A DNA stretch of 58,971 nucleotides from an uncultured Gammaproteobacteria bacterium. GTDB lineage: Bacteria; Pseudomonadota; Gammaproteobacteria; GCA-001735895. Numbering within the stretch: the stretch's first letter is position 1; the number at the start of each line of letters is the position of its first letter. The notes under the pieces were generated by a model. That model was not told where the DNA came from and ran no database searches. It was given only the letters and a program-made list of their open reading frames with translations. Of the stretch, positions 16,158 to 25,897 are shown in pieces. The stretch lies in NCBI GenBank assembly GCA_947259305.1, contig CAMYML010000018.1, forward strand, positions 1-58,971, in the 5' to 3' direction. The position numbers and the translations under genes are program-made.

Positions 16158-17020
16158 GGCACGTTCACCACGTGTATCTGGTGCAGCAGGTTTACCGTTT
16201 CACCGCTATCGCTAATGGCAATTTCGATGGTCAGAATGCCGCCGCGCTGCGCGCTGCCCGCGCTATAGGAGAAATTGCAGCTGCTGAGCTGGGAGACCAC
16301 CTTGCCGGAAGCGACGCCGAAATCGGCCGGCGCCGTGGGCTGAACCGCGCGGAACCCGTATTCCGCGTAGCGCAAGATCTGGCTGCCTGCCGGATCGCAG
16401 ATATAACTGGTTGAACTATCGACGAAAAACGCGCGCTGACCCGGCGACTGCTGGGTAAACAGGAAAGGCGCGCTCAATGTAATCTGGTCTTCCCGGGTGA
16501 GTCCGGCACCGAGATTACTCAGACCAAGCGAGATGCCGGCCGGGGTAATTATACCCTGGTTATCGACATCCACCGCCTCGGCATAGATATTGACCGACGT
16601 GTTGTATATGACAAGCCGGTTGTTAGCATTGAACGCAGCCGAGTTTCGCAGCGGGCCAAGCAGGTTAAAAACCATGTCGGCGCTGGCAAAATCGAGCACG
16701 AAATCCGCATCACCGGTATATGGCGCGCCAAATTCGTCGCGATAGCGCGCGCCGTCGACGGTATTTACCATTTCCAGCGCGAGGCCCGCACCGCCGGGAA
16801 TGCGGATGCTGTTAGGTAACGCGCGCCGCACGTCGCGCGCGATCTGGCGCAGCGCCATCTCGCCCTGGTCGACGAGTTGCTGGCGACGCACCTGGGCTTC
16901 GTAGGCCTTGATCGGGTTGGTAATCAACAGCCCGGCACCGCTGGCGAGAATTCCGAGCAGCACGACCACGACGATAAGTTCGACCAGTGAAAACCCGGCT
17001 TGTGAGTGGCATCGTTTCAT
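16154..17020 (-). CDS. mshO: MSHA biogenesis/minor pilin protein MshO
   Basis: 288 aa. The prepilin motif is AGFSLVELIVVVVLLGILA. The segment YEAQVRRQQLVDQGEMALRQIARDVRRALPNSIRI is typical of MshO-like proteins. Confidence 0.65.
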   Translation of the reverse strand: MKRCHSQAGFSLVELIVVVVLLGILASGAGLLITNPIKAYEAQVRRQQLVDQGEMALRQIARDVRRALPNSIRIPGGAGLALEMVNTVDGARYRDEFGAPYTGDADFVLDFASADMVFNLLGPLRNSAAFNANNRLVIYNTSVNIYAEAVDVDNQGIITPAGISLGLSNLGAGLTREDQITLSAPFLFTQQSPGQRAFFVDSSTSYICDPAGSQILRYAEYGFRAVQPTAPADFGVASGKVVSQLSSCNFSYSAGSAQRGGILTIEIAISDSGETVNLLHQIHVVNVP

Positions 17021-17478
17021 GGATATCGCGTGCGAAAGCCGCTCAGCTGGATATTTCCGATAGCCGGATGATTGACGTCGACGTCGACGCGTAGCGAATC
17101 TGCAACCGGCACGCCACCTAGCGCGGAATTGGTAATGGTAACCGTCACCGTGTATGCCGCGAGCGCGGCCACCGGATTGCCGAACTGATCGGCCGCCGGC
17201 CCGGCCGCGAGGCTGCGGTAATCCTTGACGTCGTCGTAATCCGCGCGCCCCGCCTCGCCTTCGTCGTTGCCGGTTTCACCACCCTGCGGATCATTGAAGG
17301 CACGCAGCATGATTTCTTCGAGGTAGGCTTCGGCGATGGTAGTCGCCTGCTGTTGAATCACCGGGTCGGCGCTGCCGCGCACCATGTTGGCAAAGCTCAG
17401 CAAGGCAGTAGAGGCAATGGCGATCACAACAAGTGTGACGATTATTTCGATCAGCGTGAAGGCGGCCTGGCGGCGCAT
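17017..17478 (-). CDS. mshD: MSHA minor pilin MshD
   Basis: 153 aa. The prepilin motif is AAFTLIEIIVTLVVIAIAS. It is in the GspI/PilV-like size class. The call also rests on its position between the mshC-like and mshO-like genes. Confidence 0.6.
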   Translation of the reverse strand: MRRQAAFTLIEIIVTLVVIAIASTALLSFANMVRGSADPVIQQQATTIAEAYLEEIMLRAFNDPQGGETGNDEGEAGRADYDDVKDYRSLAAGPAADQFGNPVAALAAYTVTVTITNSALGGVPVADSLRVDVDVNHPAIGNIQLSGFRTRYP

Positions 17479-17482
17479 CGAT

Positions 17483-17959
17483 TTACAGCACCTCTACCAA
17501 TCCGGTGCTGGCGTGCACGCGAAAGCTGTAGCTGCTGGCGCCGTCGCTGAGGCTGAAATCCGAGGTCGCGCCTTCACGCTCACCGCGGGCGTTGAAAGTG
17601 ATGCTGCCGGCGGTCAGGGTATATCCGGGTGGGATGTTCAAGTTCTGGTAGTTATTGCCGCGATTGGCCGGGCTCGCCACCGGATTGGCAAAATCGTCGG
17701 CAGTACAGGTCGAGCTCTGGCGTAACTGGTAACTGCTCGCGCTGGTAATGACACGCACGTCGCAACCGCTGCTGATGGCGAGTTTCTGCGCGAAACGCAC
17801 CGCGTTCAAAGTGTCGTCAAAGAATCCGCGTGCGGCGAAAACGTCCCCGCCGCTAAAACGTCCGAGCGCGACCACGCCGAGGATTCCGAGCAAAATGATC
17901 ACGGTGATCAGCTCGATCAGAGAAAACCCGGAATTGTGATAATTTTTTACTACACTCAT
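17483..17959 (-). CDS. mshC: MSHA minor pilin MshC (GspH/FimT-like)
   Basis: 158 aa. The prepilin motif is SGFSLIELITVIILLGILGVVALGRF, followed by FFDDTLNAVRFAQKLAISSG. It is the first gene of the structural operon. Confidence 0.55.
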   Translation of the reverse strand: MSVVKNYHNSGFSLIELITVIILLGILGVVALGRFSGGDVFAARGFFDDTLNAVRFAQKLAISSGCDVRVITSASSYQLRQSSTCTADDFANPVASPANRGNNYQNLNIPPGYTLTAGSITFNARGEREGATSDFSLSDGASSYSFRVHASTGLVEVL

Positions 17960-18120
17960 GTGATTCAGGTCTTGAAATTAGGTCAATAATCGTATTGATT
18001 TGTGTAATTTTTAGGCTATAAATCATTTACTTATAGGGCAATTTGAGCATATTGCTTTAACTTGATCTATAAATCAGAGATTCAACCAACATTATTACCC
18101 GGGTACTGGGAGTATAGAAC

Positions 18121-18525
18121 ATGCATAAGTCACAAAAAGGTTTCACGCTGGTAGAACTGGTAGTCGTCATCGTTCTGCTGGGAATTCTGGGCGTCACCGC
18201 CCTGGGCCGATTCCAGGATCTGTCCGGCGACGCGCAAGACGCCGCCAACGATGGTATCGCGAGCGAACTATCCGCGGCCTCGTCGATCAATTTCGCCGCA
18301 CGCATATTGAACCCGCTGAACGGGGTTGCCATTAACGGGGCCGCCGAAGATTGTGCCAGCGCCAATATCGATGCATTGTTCGCGTCCGGCACGCGCCCGG
18401 CGGGTTACAACTGGGTTGGTGGCCCGGTCGACTGCGGCGCAGTGACCTCTTTCAACTGCGCTATCGATAGTGCCGGTAGCGCGACCGACACCGCGGGCAC
18501 CGCAACCGTACTGTGCACGCCTTAG
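18121..18525 (+). CDS. mshA: MSHA major pilin
   Basis: 134 aa. N-terminus MHKSQKGFTLVELVVVIVLLGILGVTALGRF (G|FTLVE). A C-terminal Cys pair is present. It is the only msh gene on the plus strand, and a terminator hairpin follows it. Confidence 0.8.
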   Translation: MHKSQKGFTLVELVVVIVLLGILGVTALGRFQDLSGDAQDAANDGIASELSAASSINFAARILNPLNGVAINGAAEDCASANIDALFASGTRPAGYNWVGGPVDCGAVTSFNCAIDSAGSATDTAGTATVLCTP

Positions 18526-18549
18526 CCTGAAGCACTCGTTCCCGCAAAA

Positions 18550-18580
18550 GCCCCGCCAGTTTTACTGGCGTGGCTTTTTT
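18550..18580 (+). terminator. Rho-independent terminator after mshA (possibly bidirectional)
   Basis: Stem GCCCCGCCAG (18550-18559), loop TTTTA, stem CTGGCGTGGC (18565-18574) with 9 of 10 pairs, then T6 (18575-18580). An A4 run precedes it. The right arm lies inside the last codons of mshF. Confidence 0.55.
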
Positions 18581-19059
18581 ATGAATTGAAGATTGCGAAA
18601 CAGGTCCTGCCCGGCTTCATAACTACCCGACTGGTTCACATCATCGTAGTTCAACACCAGCGAATACCATTCTGCGCCGTCGAGAAATCTCGGGATATAA
18701 ACCACGGCGCGCGAGACCCGGCTGTAATACCACCCCGGTTTCAGTTCGGCCAAATCTTCCTGCGCTATCTCCCCGCGGTAAGTCGCCGGTAGCAGGCTGT
18801 AATCCTTGAGAAAAACAAACGGATTACTGCCCTCGATCTGGCTCAGTTCGTTTAACCGACCCTTCACCGCGTAACTGGCGAACACCACCGTCAGCGACGA
18901 ATCGATGATGCGCTTGGTTTGAATGATTGACTGTCGTTCGAGCGCTTTCTGGGTGCCGTCGGTATAGCGGAAGAAAGCCACCATCAGGATCGCGATGATG
19001 ATGATCATTACGCTGAGGCGAAATAAAATCGCTCCCGGGTGGGAACTGAGGGTGCTCAT
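18562..19059 (-). CDS. mshF: MSHA biogenesis protein MshF
   Basis: I trimmed the ORF to the ATG at 19059, which forms an ATGA overlap with the mshG stop. That gives 165 aa with one N-terminal TM helix (ILFRLSVMIIIIAILMVAFF). The position after mshG matches msh loci. Confidence 0.55.
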   Translation of the reverse strand: MSTLSSHPGAILFRLSVMIIIIAILMVAFFRYTDGTQKALERQSIIQTKRIIDSSLTVVFASYAVKGRLNELSQIEGSNPFVFLKDYSLLPATYRGEIAQEDLAELKPGWYYSRVSRAVVYIPRFLDGAEWYSLVLNYDDVNQSGSYEAGQDLFRNLQFIKKPRQ

Positions 19060-20279
19060 CGTCCGGCGAGTTGCGCGATGTCCCACATCGGCACGAAGAT
19101 ACCCAGCGCCAGCACCAGCACCATCGCGCCGATAGCGACATAGATCAGCGGTTCGATCTTGTCGGACAGGGTCTTGACGTCGTAATCGACCTCTTCTTCG
19201 TAGAAATCGGCGATGAAGGTCATCATCTCGTCGAGATTACCGGCCTCTTCGCCAACCGAGAACATCTGCATCACCACCGGGGTGAACATGCCGGTGCGAT
19301 GCGCGGTGCGCGTCAGGGCTTCGCCGCGCTCGATACCCTCGCGCATGCTGTTGACGTGGCTGGAAATGTACTCATTGCCGATCGAGCGTGAAATCACGCC
19401 CATGGCCTGCACGATCGGCACACCGGCGCCGTAAGCCATGGCAAAGGAGCGCGCAAAACGCGCCATCAGCGCCCGGTTCAGGATCTCCCCGATCAGCGGC
19501 GCGTTAACGATGAACTTGTGCCACCGGTATTTCCCGTTGGGGGTGTTGACGTAATGTCTGAAGCCGAGCACCAGGGCAAGCAGCGCCATGCCGACGAAAA
19601 CCCAGTATTCGACAAAGAAACCGGACATGTTCAGCAACAATAGGGTCTGCCAGGGCAACTCCAGCTCATTGGCCTCGAAGAAACTGGCGAATTTCGGGAT
19701 TACGAACAGGTTCAGAATCACCATCGCAATCGCGATCGCTATGATAACCGTGGTCGGATAGCGCATCGCAGTCTTGATGTTCTGCGTGATGCGGCGATTG
19801 CGATCGATGTAGTCCGCCATCAGGGCGAAAGTCTCTTCCAGGCGCCCGGTGTTTTCACCGACCTGAATCATGCTGATATACAGGTTGGAAAATACCCGCG
19901 GATGACGCGCACAGGAAACCGAAAGGTTGCGGCCGGACTCGAGCTGCTCGAGGATATCGCGCAGCGATTTGATCAACAGCGGATTCTCGATCGATTCGAG
20001 TATGCCCGCAATGGCGCGTGTAATCGGAATGCCGGCCTTGATCAGGGCGCCCATCTGGCGGGTAAACATCAACATCTCCTCGATGCTTACCTGGTGCAGG
20101 TTGAAGCGATCCCTGAACACTTCGAGGATGTCGATCTGCTGGTTCTTTTCGACGATCGATATCGGGGTTACACCGCGATCCATCAGCAGGCCCGCGACCG
20201 CGTTGGAATTGGCGCCCTCGATTTCGCCGTCGACCAGTTGGCCGTTACCGCTTCTGCCCTTGAACTCGAACTGGGGCAT
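19056..20279 (-). CDS. mshG: MSHA platform protein MshG (GspF family)
   Basis: 407 aa with a duplicated T2SS-F organisation. It lies immediately downstream of mshE, sharing 1 nt with it. Confidence 0.9.
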   Translation of the reverse strand: MPQFEFKGRSGNGQLVDGEIEGANSNAVAGLLMDRGVTPISIVEKNQQIDILEVFRDRFNLHQVSIEEMLMFTRQMGALIKAGIPITRAIAGILESIENPLLIKSLRDILEQLESGRNLSVSCARHPRVFSNLYISMIQVGENTGRLEETFALMADYIDRNRRITQNIKTAMRYPTTVIIAIAIAMVILNLFVIPKFASFFEANELELPWQTLLLLNMSGFFVEYWVFVGMALLALVLGFRHYVNTPNGKYRWHKFIVNAPLIGEILNRALMARFARSFAMAYGAGVPIVQAMGVISRSIGNEYISSHVNSMREGIERGEALTRTAHRTGMFTPVVMQMFSVGEEAGNLDEMMTFIADFYEEEVDYDVKTLSDKIEPLIYVAIGAMVLVLALGIFVPMWDIAQLAGR

Positions 20280-22018
20280 TAATCGTCAATCTCCAGCAGC
20301 GGCGGATGATCGAGCACGTCGTCCGGCACTTCGCCGGCGAGACGCAACATTTCCTCGATCGAAGTCAGGCCGTTGGTGGCATGCTCATGCGCGACCATCA
20401 CCAGCGGCTGGTAACCGGGCGCACGCTCGGCGGCTTCGACGAAACCCTGCGAATCATCATGCCGCAACTTCTCCGCCAGCTCGGCATTCATGTCGAGCAA
20501 TTCATAGACGCCCATGCGTCCCTGGTAACCGGTTTCGCCGCATTGCTTGCAACCGCGGCCCTGTTTGTATTGATAACGGCTGGCGTCGATCAGCAGGTCG
20601 TCGCGCAACCAGCCGATCTCGAACTCGGTCGGGGTATAGTCTGCACTGCAGCTCTGGCAAACCTTGCGCACCAGGCGCTGGGCGATGATGGTGCGCAGGG
20701 TGCTGGCAAGCAGGTATCCCTGGACGCCCATGTCCATCAACCGCGTGGCGGTTGAAATGGTGTCATTGGTATGCAGGGTCGACAACACCAGGTGCCCGGT
20801 CATCGCCGCGCTGACACCGATTTCCACCGTCTCGGCATCGCGCATTTCACCGACCATGATAATATCCGGGTCCTGGCGCAAGGCCGAGCGCAACACGCTG
20901 GCGAAAGTCAGGCCGATGCGCGGGTTGACCTGTACCTGGCTGATGCGATCGAGCCGGTATTCCACCGGGTCTTCAACCGTCACGATCTTGGACGCCTGAA
21001 CGTTGAGCTCCGACAGGGCGGCGTACAGCGTGGTCGTTTTACCGCTACCGGTCGGCCCGGTTACCAGGATCATGCCGTTGGGCAAATGAAAGTTCTTGCG
21101 GAATCGGTGCAGCAGTTCCGTCGGCATGCCGAGCTGCTCGAGATCGAGCGCGCCCTGGGTCTGGTCGAGCAAACGCATGACCACCGATTCGCCATACTGT
21201 ACCGGCATGGTCGACAGGCGCACATCGATATCGCGGTTATTGACCAGCACGTGGAAGCGTCCATCCTGCGGCAGGCGCTTCTCGGAAATATTGAGCCCGC
21301 ACATCAGTTTCAGCCGCACCACGACCGCCGGCGCGATCTGGGTTTCCTGCATCACCTGTTCCTGCAACACGCCGTCGACCCGCTGGCGAATTCGAATCAC
21401 GTGCTGGTCGGGTTCGATGTGAATATCGGATGCGCCGACCTGTACCGCGTCCTCGAAAATAGATTGCAACAGTTTGGCCACCGGCGCATCGGTCATCTCG
21501 GTCTGCACTAGTTCGTTCAGATCGGTCGCGGACTCGGACAGGTCCTGTCCCAGTTCGCTCGCCAGCGCGCTGATTTCCTCGGTACGTCGATAGACCAGGT
21601 CAAAGTTTTCCAGCAACGCGGTTTCGCGCACGATGGCCTGGCTGACCGGCTTGCTCAGCTTGCTCTGGATTTCGTCGAGCGCGTAAATATCGGTCGGATC
21701 GGCCATTGCCACCAGGTAATCCTGGCCGCGATCCTCGAGCACCAGCGCACGGTAACGGCGCGCGATGGACTCCGGCAACATCTTGGCGGCCTCGTTGCTG
21801 TAGTTGTAATTATTAATATCGATTAAGGGGATGTTGAGCTGGCTGGCGAGCAGGTTGAGCAGGCTGGTTTCATCGATCATGCCGAGTTCGACCAGGGTGC
21901 CGCCAAGCTTGCGCCCTAGTTTTTTCTGTTCGCTGAGCGCCTGCTGCAACTGCTCGTCGGAGATCAGGCCCTTTTCAACCAGCAGGTCGCCGAGGCGGAT
22001 TTTCTTGGTAAACGCCAT
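20279..22018 (-). CDS. mshE: MSHA assembly ATPase MshE (c-di-GMP-binding MshEN N-terminus)
   Basis: 579 aa. Both 24-residue MshEN motifs are present: RLGDLLVEKGLISDEQLQQALSEQ and KLGGTLVELGMIDETSLLNLLASQ. Walker A is VTGPTGSGKTTTLYA. A tetracysteine CQSC...CKQCGETGYQGR is present. Confidence 0.93.
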   Translation of the reverse strand: MAFTKKIRLGDLLVEKGLISDEQLQQALSEQKKLGRKLGGTLVELGMIDETSLLNLLASQLNIPLIDINNYNYSNEAAKMLPESIARRYRALVLEDRGQDYLVAMADPTDIYALDEIQSKLSKPVSQAIVRETALLENFDLVYRRTEEISALASELGQDLSESATDLNELVQTEMTDAPVAKLLQSIFEDAVQVGASDIHIEPDQHVIRIRQRVDGVLQEQVMQETQIAPAVVVRLKLMCGLNISEKRLPQDGRFHVLVNNRDIDVRLSTMPVQYGESVVMRLLDQTQGALDLEQLGMPTELLHRFRKNFHLPNGMILVTGPTGSGKTTTLYAALSELNVQASKIVTVEDPVEYRLDRISQVQVNPRIGLTFASVLRSALRQDPDIIMVGEMRDAETVEIGVSAAMTGHLVLSTLHTNDTISTATRLMDMGVQGYLLASTLRTIIAQRLVRKVCQSCSADYTPTEFEIGWLRDDLLIDASRYQYKQGRGCKQCGETGYQGRMGVYELLDMNAELAEKLRHDDSQGFVEAAERAPGYQPLVMVAHEHATNGLTSIEEMLRLAGEVPDDVLDHPPLLEIDD

Positions 22019-23421
22019 TAATTCAACACCTGTTGCAGGGTATTACTGCGCCGCTCGACAAACGCCTGTAGGCGGGTGTTCAGATTACCCAGTTTGCCCG
22101 CGCGCTGGTACGAAGCGAGCGCTGCCTCAAGTTCCGCGCTGTGCTCCTGTGAAATGCCGAGTCCGATCCAGCTTTTGGCGTTACTCGCATCCTGCTCGAG
22201 CGCCAGTTGATAATGCCGTATCGCAGCGCTGTGTTCGTCGAGGCGCTGGTAACTGGCCGCGACCAGCGCCTGCTGGCCAGAGTCGAGCCCGGTTTCAACG
22301 CTGAACAGCTGGATCACAGCGCGATAATCCGTATTTTGAAACAACGAACGCCCATATTCGGTTCTGAACAAGGCATCATCCGCATATTTTGCCGCGGAGT
22401 CCCGCGCCAGCCGGTGGTAGCGGTCATTGAGCTGCTGGCCATTGTAAAGCGCGAGCAGATGCTGGCGCGCGCTATGGTCTTCGACACCCCCGAGCAATCC
22501 CTGTAGCAGGCTTTCGGCGTCGGCATAGCGGCGCGAATTGATCAACTCGACTGCATATTCCAGCTGGTTGGCGGATTTGGCATTCGGATTGGTCGATTTG
22601 ATTTCCAACTTCACCACAGGCGCCTGCGCCTGCGCGACCGAAGTGATCTCGATCGGGGCCGGTGATGCCACGGATTCTCCAGGCATGATAGCTTCCGGCG
22701 TCGATTCGATAGCCGGGAATTCGACGACTGCAGTTTGCTCGGCCAGCGGCACGACAACCGCCTGCGGCAGGGATTTTCTCAGATTGATGGCCCAGACCTG
22801 CTCGCCATCGACCTGGCTTTGCCGGGTTTCGACCAGGATTTCAGGCGCGGTTTCGAACTGGATATCGACACCCTGCGCCGATGTCGTAATGGCAAGATCG
22901 GTAATCCAGGGATTGTCGGATATCTCCGGCGCCACAATCTGGCTCTCGATTTCGCGCAGATGATAGCCAAAGCTGTTTTCACCGCGCTGCTTCAGGTAGG
23001 CCACAACCTTGTCGCGCAATACGAACTCGAGGCGCATATCCTGCTCGGATTCGCGGATTTGCAAACCGATGATCTGGTTGCCGATCGTCTGGTCGGAGAC
23101 GACCCCAACGCCTTCATCCACGACCGCTGGCGGCTCCTCGTAGGACGCGGCAGCGACGGCGCCACCGTCTGCCTTCATCACGACGACGGCCCCGGCCTCA
23201 TTGGTCGATAGTGAAGCCGGTGCTGCGTCGCCCGGCTCCGGCTGCCGTTGCAGGTAAATCCAGGCGGCCGCGGCCAGCAAAAGTAGCGACATAACCGCCA
23301 GCGCCGCCGGCTTCAGGTCGCGGCGCGCCGCTGGCGACGCCGCAACCGAAGTGATCTCGATCGGGGTGAAATGACTCTCCCTGGTTTCAAGATCCTTTAA
23401 TACGTTATTGATTACACTCAT
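22018..23421 (-). CDS. mshN: MSHA TPR protein MshN
   Basis: I trimmed the start to the ATG at 23421, which forms an ATGA overlap with the mshM stop. The protein begins MSVINNVLKDLE, has one TM helix (LAVMSLLLLAAAAWIYL) and C-terminal TPR repeats. Confidence 0.75.
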   Translation of the reverse strand: MSVINNVLKDLETRESHFTPIEITSVAASPAARRDLKPAALAVMSLLLLAAAAWIYLQRQPEPGDAAPASLSTNEAGAVVVMKADGGAVAAASYEEPPAVVDEGVGVVSDQTIGNQIIGLQIRESEQDMRLEFVLRDKVVAYLKQRGENSFGYHLREIESQIVAPEISDNPWITDLAITTSAQGVDIQFETAPEILVETRQSQVDGEQVWAINLRKSLPQAVVVPLAEQTAVVEFPAIESTPEAIMPGESVASPAPIEITSVAQAQAPVVKLEIKSTNPNAKSANQLEYAVELINSRRYADAESLLQGLLGGVEDHSARQHLLALYNGQQLNDRYHRLARDSAAKYADDALFRTEYGRSLFQNTDYRAVIQLFSVETGLDSGQQALVAASYQRLDEHSAAIRHYQLALEQDASNAKSWIGLGISQEHSAELEAALASYQRAGKLGNLNTRLQAFVERRSNTLQQVLN

Positions 23422-24221
23422 TGCAGCTGGCTGTCGGCGGCGGCGGCTTCGATGTGCTTGCTGTTGACATAGAATTCGCCGCTGGCGTAGGCAAGCATCA
23501 ACGCCTTGTTGCACAGGACGTTAATCACCCGCGGAATTCCCTGGCTTAACTTGTACAGGCGCCGCAGGGCGCCATTGTCGAACAGCTCGGGGCCCCGGTA
23601 TCCGGCCGACCTGACGCGGTGCAGTAAATAGGAACGGACCGAATCCCGGTTCAGCGGCTGCAGTTGATAGGCGTGCATGATCCGTTGTTGCAGTTGCCTG
23701 ATGCTGCTCTGGGCAAGCCGCGCGTCGAGTTCGGGCTGGCCAAACAGCACGATTTGCACCAGCTTCTGTTTGCCGGTTTCGAGATTACTGAGCAGCCGAA
23801 TCGCTTCCAGGCTCTCCTCGGGCAGGGACTGGGCCTCATCGAGGATAATGACCGTGCTGCGGCCACGCCGCGCATTGGCAATCAGATAATCATTGATGCA
23901 GGCCATGTAATTATCATTTTCGAGCCGGTCGGCAATTCCCATCTCGTGCACTACCGCATCCAGCAATGCATTGCAGTTCATATAGGGATTGGGGATGTAA
24001 ACCGTATCGAGTTCGGGCTCCAGCCCATCGAGCAACTTGCGGCATAACAGGGTTTTACCGGTACCTACTTCGCCGGTTACCTTGATAAAGCCATCGCCGG
24101 CCCGGATTGCGACCAGCAGCACGTTAAGCGCTTCCTGATGGGTGAAGGACTGGTAAAAAAACTCGGTGTCAGGCGTCAGGCTGAAAGGCTTTTCCGACAG
24201 GCCATAATATTGTTCGTACAT
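23418..24221 (-). CDS. mshM: MSHA ExeA-like AAA ATPase MshM
   Basis: 267 aa. Walker A is GEVGTGKTLLCRKL and Walker B is VIILDEAQSL. It has no TM helix and no periplasmic domain. Confidence 0.88.
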   Translation of the reverse strand: MYEQYYGLSEKPFSLTPDTEFFYQSFTHQEALNVLLVAIRAGDGFIKVTGEVGTGKTLLCRKLLDGLEPELDTVYIPNPYMNCNALLDAVVHEMGIADRLENDNYMACINDYLIANARRGRSTVIILDEAQSLPEESLEAIRLLSNLETGKQKLVQIVLFGQPELDARLAQSSIRQLQQRIMHAYQLQPLNRDSVRSYLLHRVRSAGYRGPELFDNGALRRLYKLSQGIPRVINVLCNKALMLAYASGEFYVNSKHIEAAAADSQLQ

Positions 24222-25897
24222 TACTCACCTTCTGCGGGAACCGCGTTCAACCGCTTCACGCGATCGGCGCTTTGCTGAATGTAGTTGGACCAGACCTTGT
24301 TATTATCGACGACGATAGGCCGCAACAGGATTACCAGCTCGCTGCGCCGGTTCAGTTTTCTTTTCTGCCTGAAGGCCTCACCTACAAACGGAATATCGCG
24401 CACGCCGGGCACGCCGCCGTCTTCATCGCTGGTAATATTCTTCATCAGGCCACCAATTACCACTACCTCGCCATTACGCGCCCTGACCACGGAATCGGAC
24501 TCGCGCACCGTACTCAGCGCCAGCGGCAGCTCGAAAGTCTCGCCGCCGAGCGTTATCACTTTCAACTGGTCGGTTATTTCGCTGATGCTGGGATGAATAT
24601 GCAGGATAACATCGCCTGCCTCGCTGATCTGCGGGGTAACGTCAAGCGCTATCCCGGAGAAAAACGGGGTCAGAGTCAACTCCGGATTGGAAGAGGTACC
24701 GCTGGCCGTGGTGGTGCTATCCGACGATATCTCGGTAACAAAAAACTCATCCGAACCAACCTTGATCACCGCCTTTTGATTGTTGACGGTGGAAACTCGC
24801 GGACTGGAGAGCACGTGCACGTTGCCCTGCGTACTCAACAGCGTTATCAGTGAACCAAAGGTACTCGCCGAACTGCCCACGGCGAACAGGTTGGCAAAGG
24901 CCGTATTGGTTACATCCAGCGCGGAGTCGACGACGACATCGCCCGCCGCATTGATTTGCGGCCGCGAATTGCCGCCACTAATGACGCTACTGGTGCCGAC
25001 CGACAGATTGCGGTTGGACGAGATCGCGGCCCAGTCGATGCCCGATTGAAAGCTATCGTTGAGATCGACTTCGATTACCTTGGCCTCCAGTATGACCTGG
25101 CGCTGCAGATTATCCTGGGCGCTGGCGAGATAGTTCCCGACATCGCGCAATTCTCCCGGCATCGCGCGCACGATGACCAACCCTGAATGCCGGTCTACCA
25201 CCACCGAACGGCCCTCTTCTTCCGCACCGATAATCGAGATCAGGGTAGCCCGCAGCTCGGTCCAGAAGTCGGCCTGGCTGCGGGTGTTGATACTGCTCGA
25301 CTTGAGCGAAGCGGAATTTGATGAGTCATCGCCTTCGTTATTGCTGCCGCTGTCTTCGATCTGACCCGAGCTGACTGTCATCAGCGATTCGCCGCTGCGG
25401 CTGACGTTGAGGTAATCGACCGGAAAGATTTTCGACTGAATACGCGCCGGCAGCACGATATAACCGCTGCCGTTTTCCTTGAATTCATAACCGTAAACTT
25501 CGCGCGTGAGCCGCATGACCTCGCGCACCGTTACGTTTTTCAAATCGAGTGAAATCTGACCCTCGACGCTCGGATGCACGACCATGTTGATGTTGGTGTC
25601 CTTGACCAGGCTCATGAAGAACAGTCGCGCGGGCGCATTCGACACCGACATATCAAACGCGGTTTCCCGCTTCAGGTCCTGCTCCAGCCCCGGCACACTA
25701 ATGCCGCTGCCCGGCATCAGTTCGTCGAGAATCTCATCCGAAGGCGCTTCCACCTCGGGGATCTCCAGCGCGGCTGCTTCACTCAGCGTAGCGTCGATAT
25801 CCTGGCGCGTCTGATTGGCTGTTTCCAGCGATTGCCTCGAGGCACAGGCCGCCAGCAATAACACCAGGGCCAGCAAACTTAAACGTTGTCTATTCAT
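24221..25897 (-). CDS. mshL: MSHA secretin lipoprotein MshL
   Basis: 558 aa. A lipobox is present (LLLAAC). Secretin motifs include VILEAKVIEVDLNDSFQSGIDW, VLSSPRVSTVNNQKAVIKV and GVPGV...ELVILLRPIVV. Confidence 0.9.
   Translation of the reverse strand: MNRQRLSLLALVLLLAACASRQSLETANQTRQDIDATLSEAAALEIPEVEAPSDEILDELMPGSGISVPGLEQDLKRETAFDMSVSNAPARLFFMSLVKDTNINMVVHPSVEGQISLDLKNVTVREVMRLTREVYGYEFKENGSGYIVLPARIQSKIFPVDYLNVSRSGESLMTVSSGQIEDSGSNNEGDDSSNSASLKSSSINTRSQADFWTELRATLISIIGAEEEGRSVVVDRHSGLVIVRAMPGELRDVGNYLASAQDNLQRQVILEAKVIEVDLNDSFQSGIDWAAISSNRNLSVGTSSVISGGNSRPQINAAGDVVVDSALDVTNTAFANLFAVGSSASTFGSLITLLSTQGNVHVLSSPRVSTVNNQKAVIKVGSDEFFVTEISSDSTTTASGTSSNPELTLTPFFSGIALDVTPQISEAGDVILHIHPSISEITDQLKVITLGGETFELPLALSTVRESDSVVRARNGEVVVIGGLMKNITSDEDGGVPGVRDIPFVGEAFRQKRKLNRRSELVILLRPIVVDNNKVWSNYIQQSADRVKRLNAVPAEGE

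Noticed and set aside
18036-18055. Sigma54-like GGGCA...GAGCAT / TTGC element upstream of mshA
   Set aside because: The spacing from GG to either candidate GC is 10-11 or 17 nt, not the required 12 nt. It is not a credible -24/-12 promoter.
23422-23514. N-terminal extension of the mshN ORF (MQQGVDACLRQRRILCQQQAHRSRRRRQPAA)
   Set aside because: It overlaps the mshM 3' end and is Arg-rich. An ATGA-coupled start at 23421 gives the typical MSVINNVLKDLE N-terminus.
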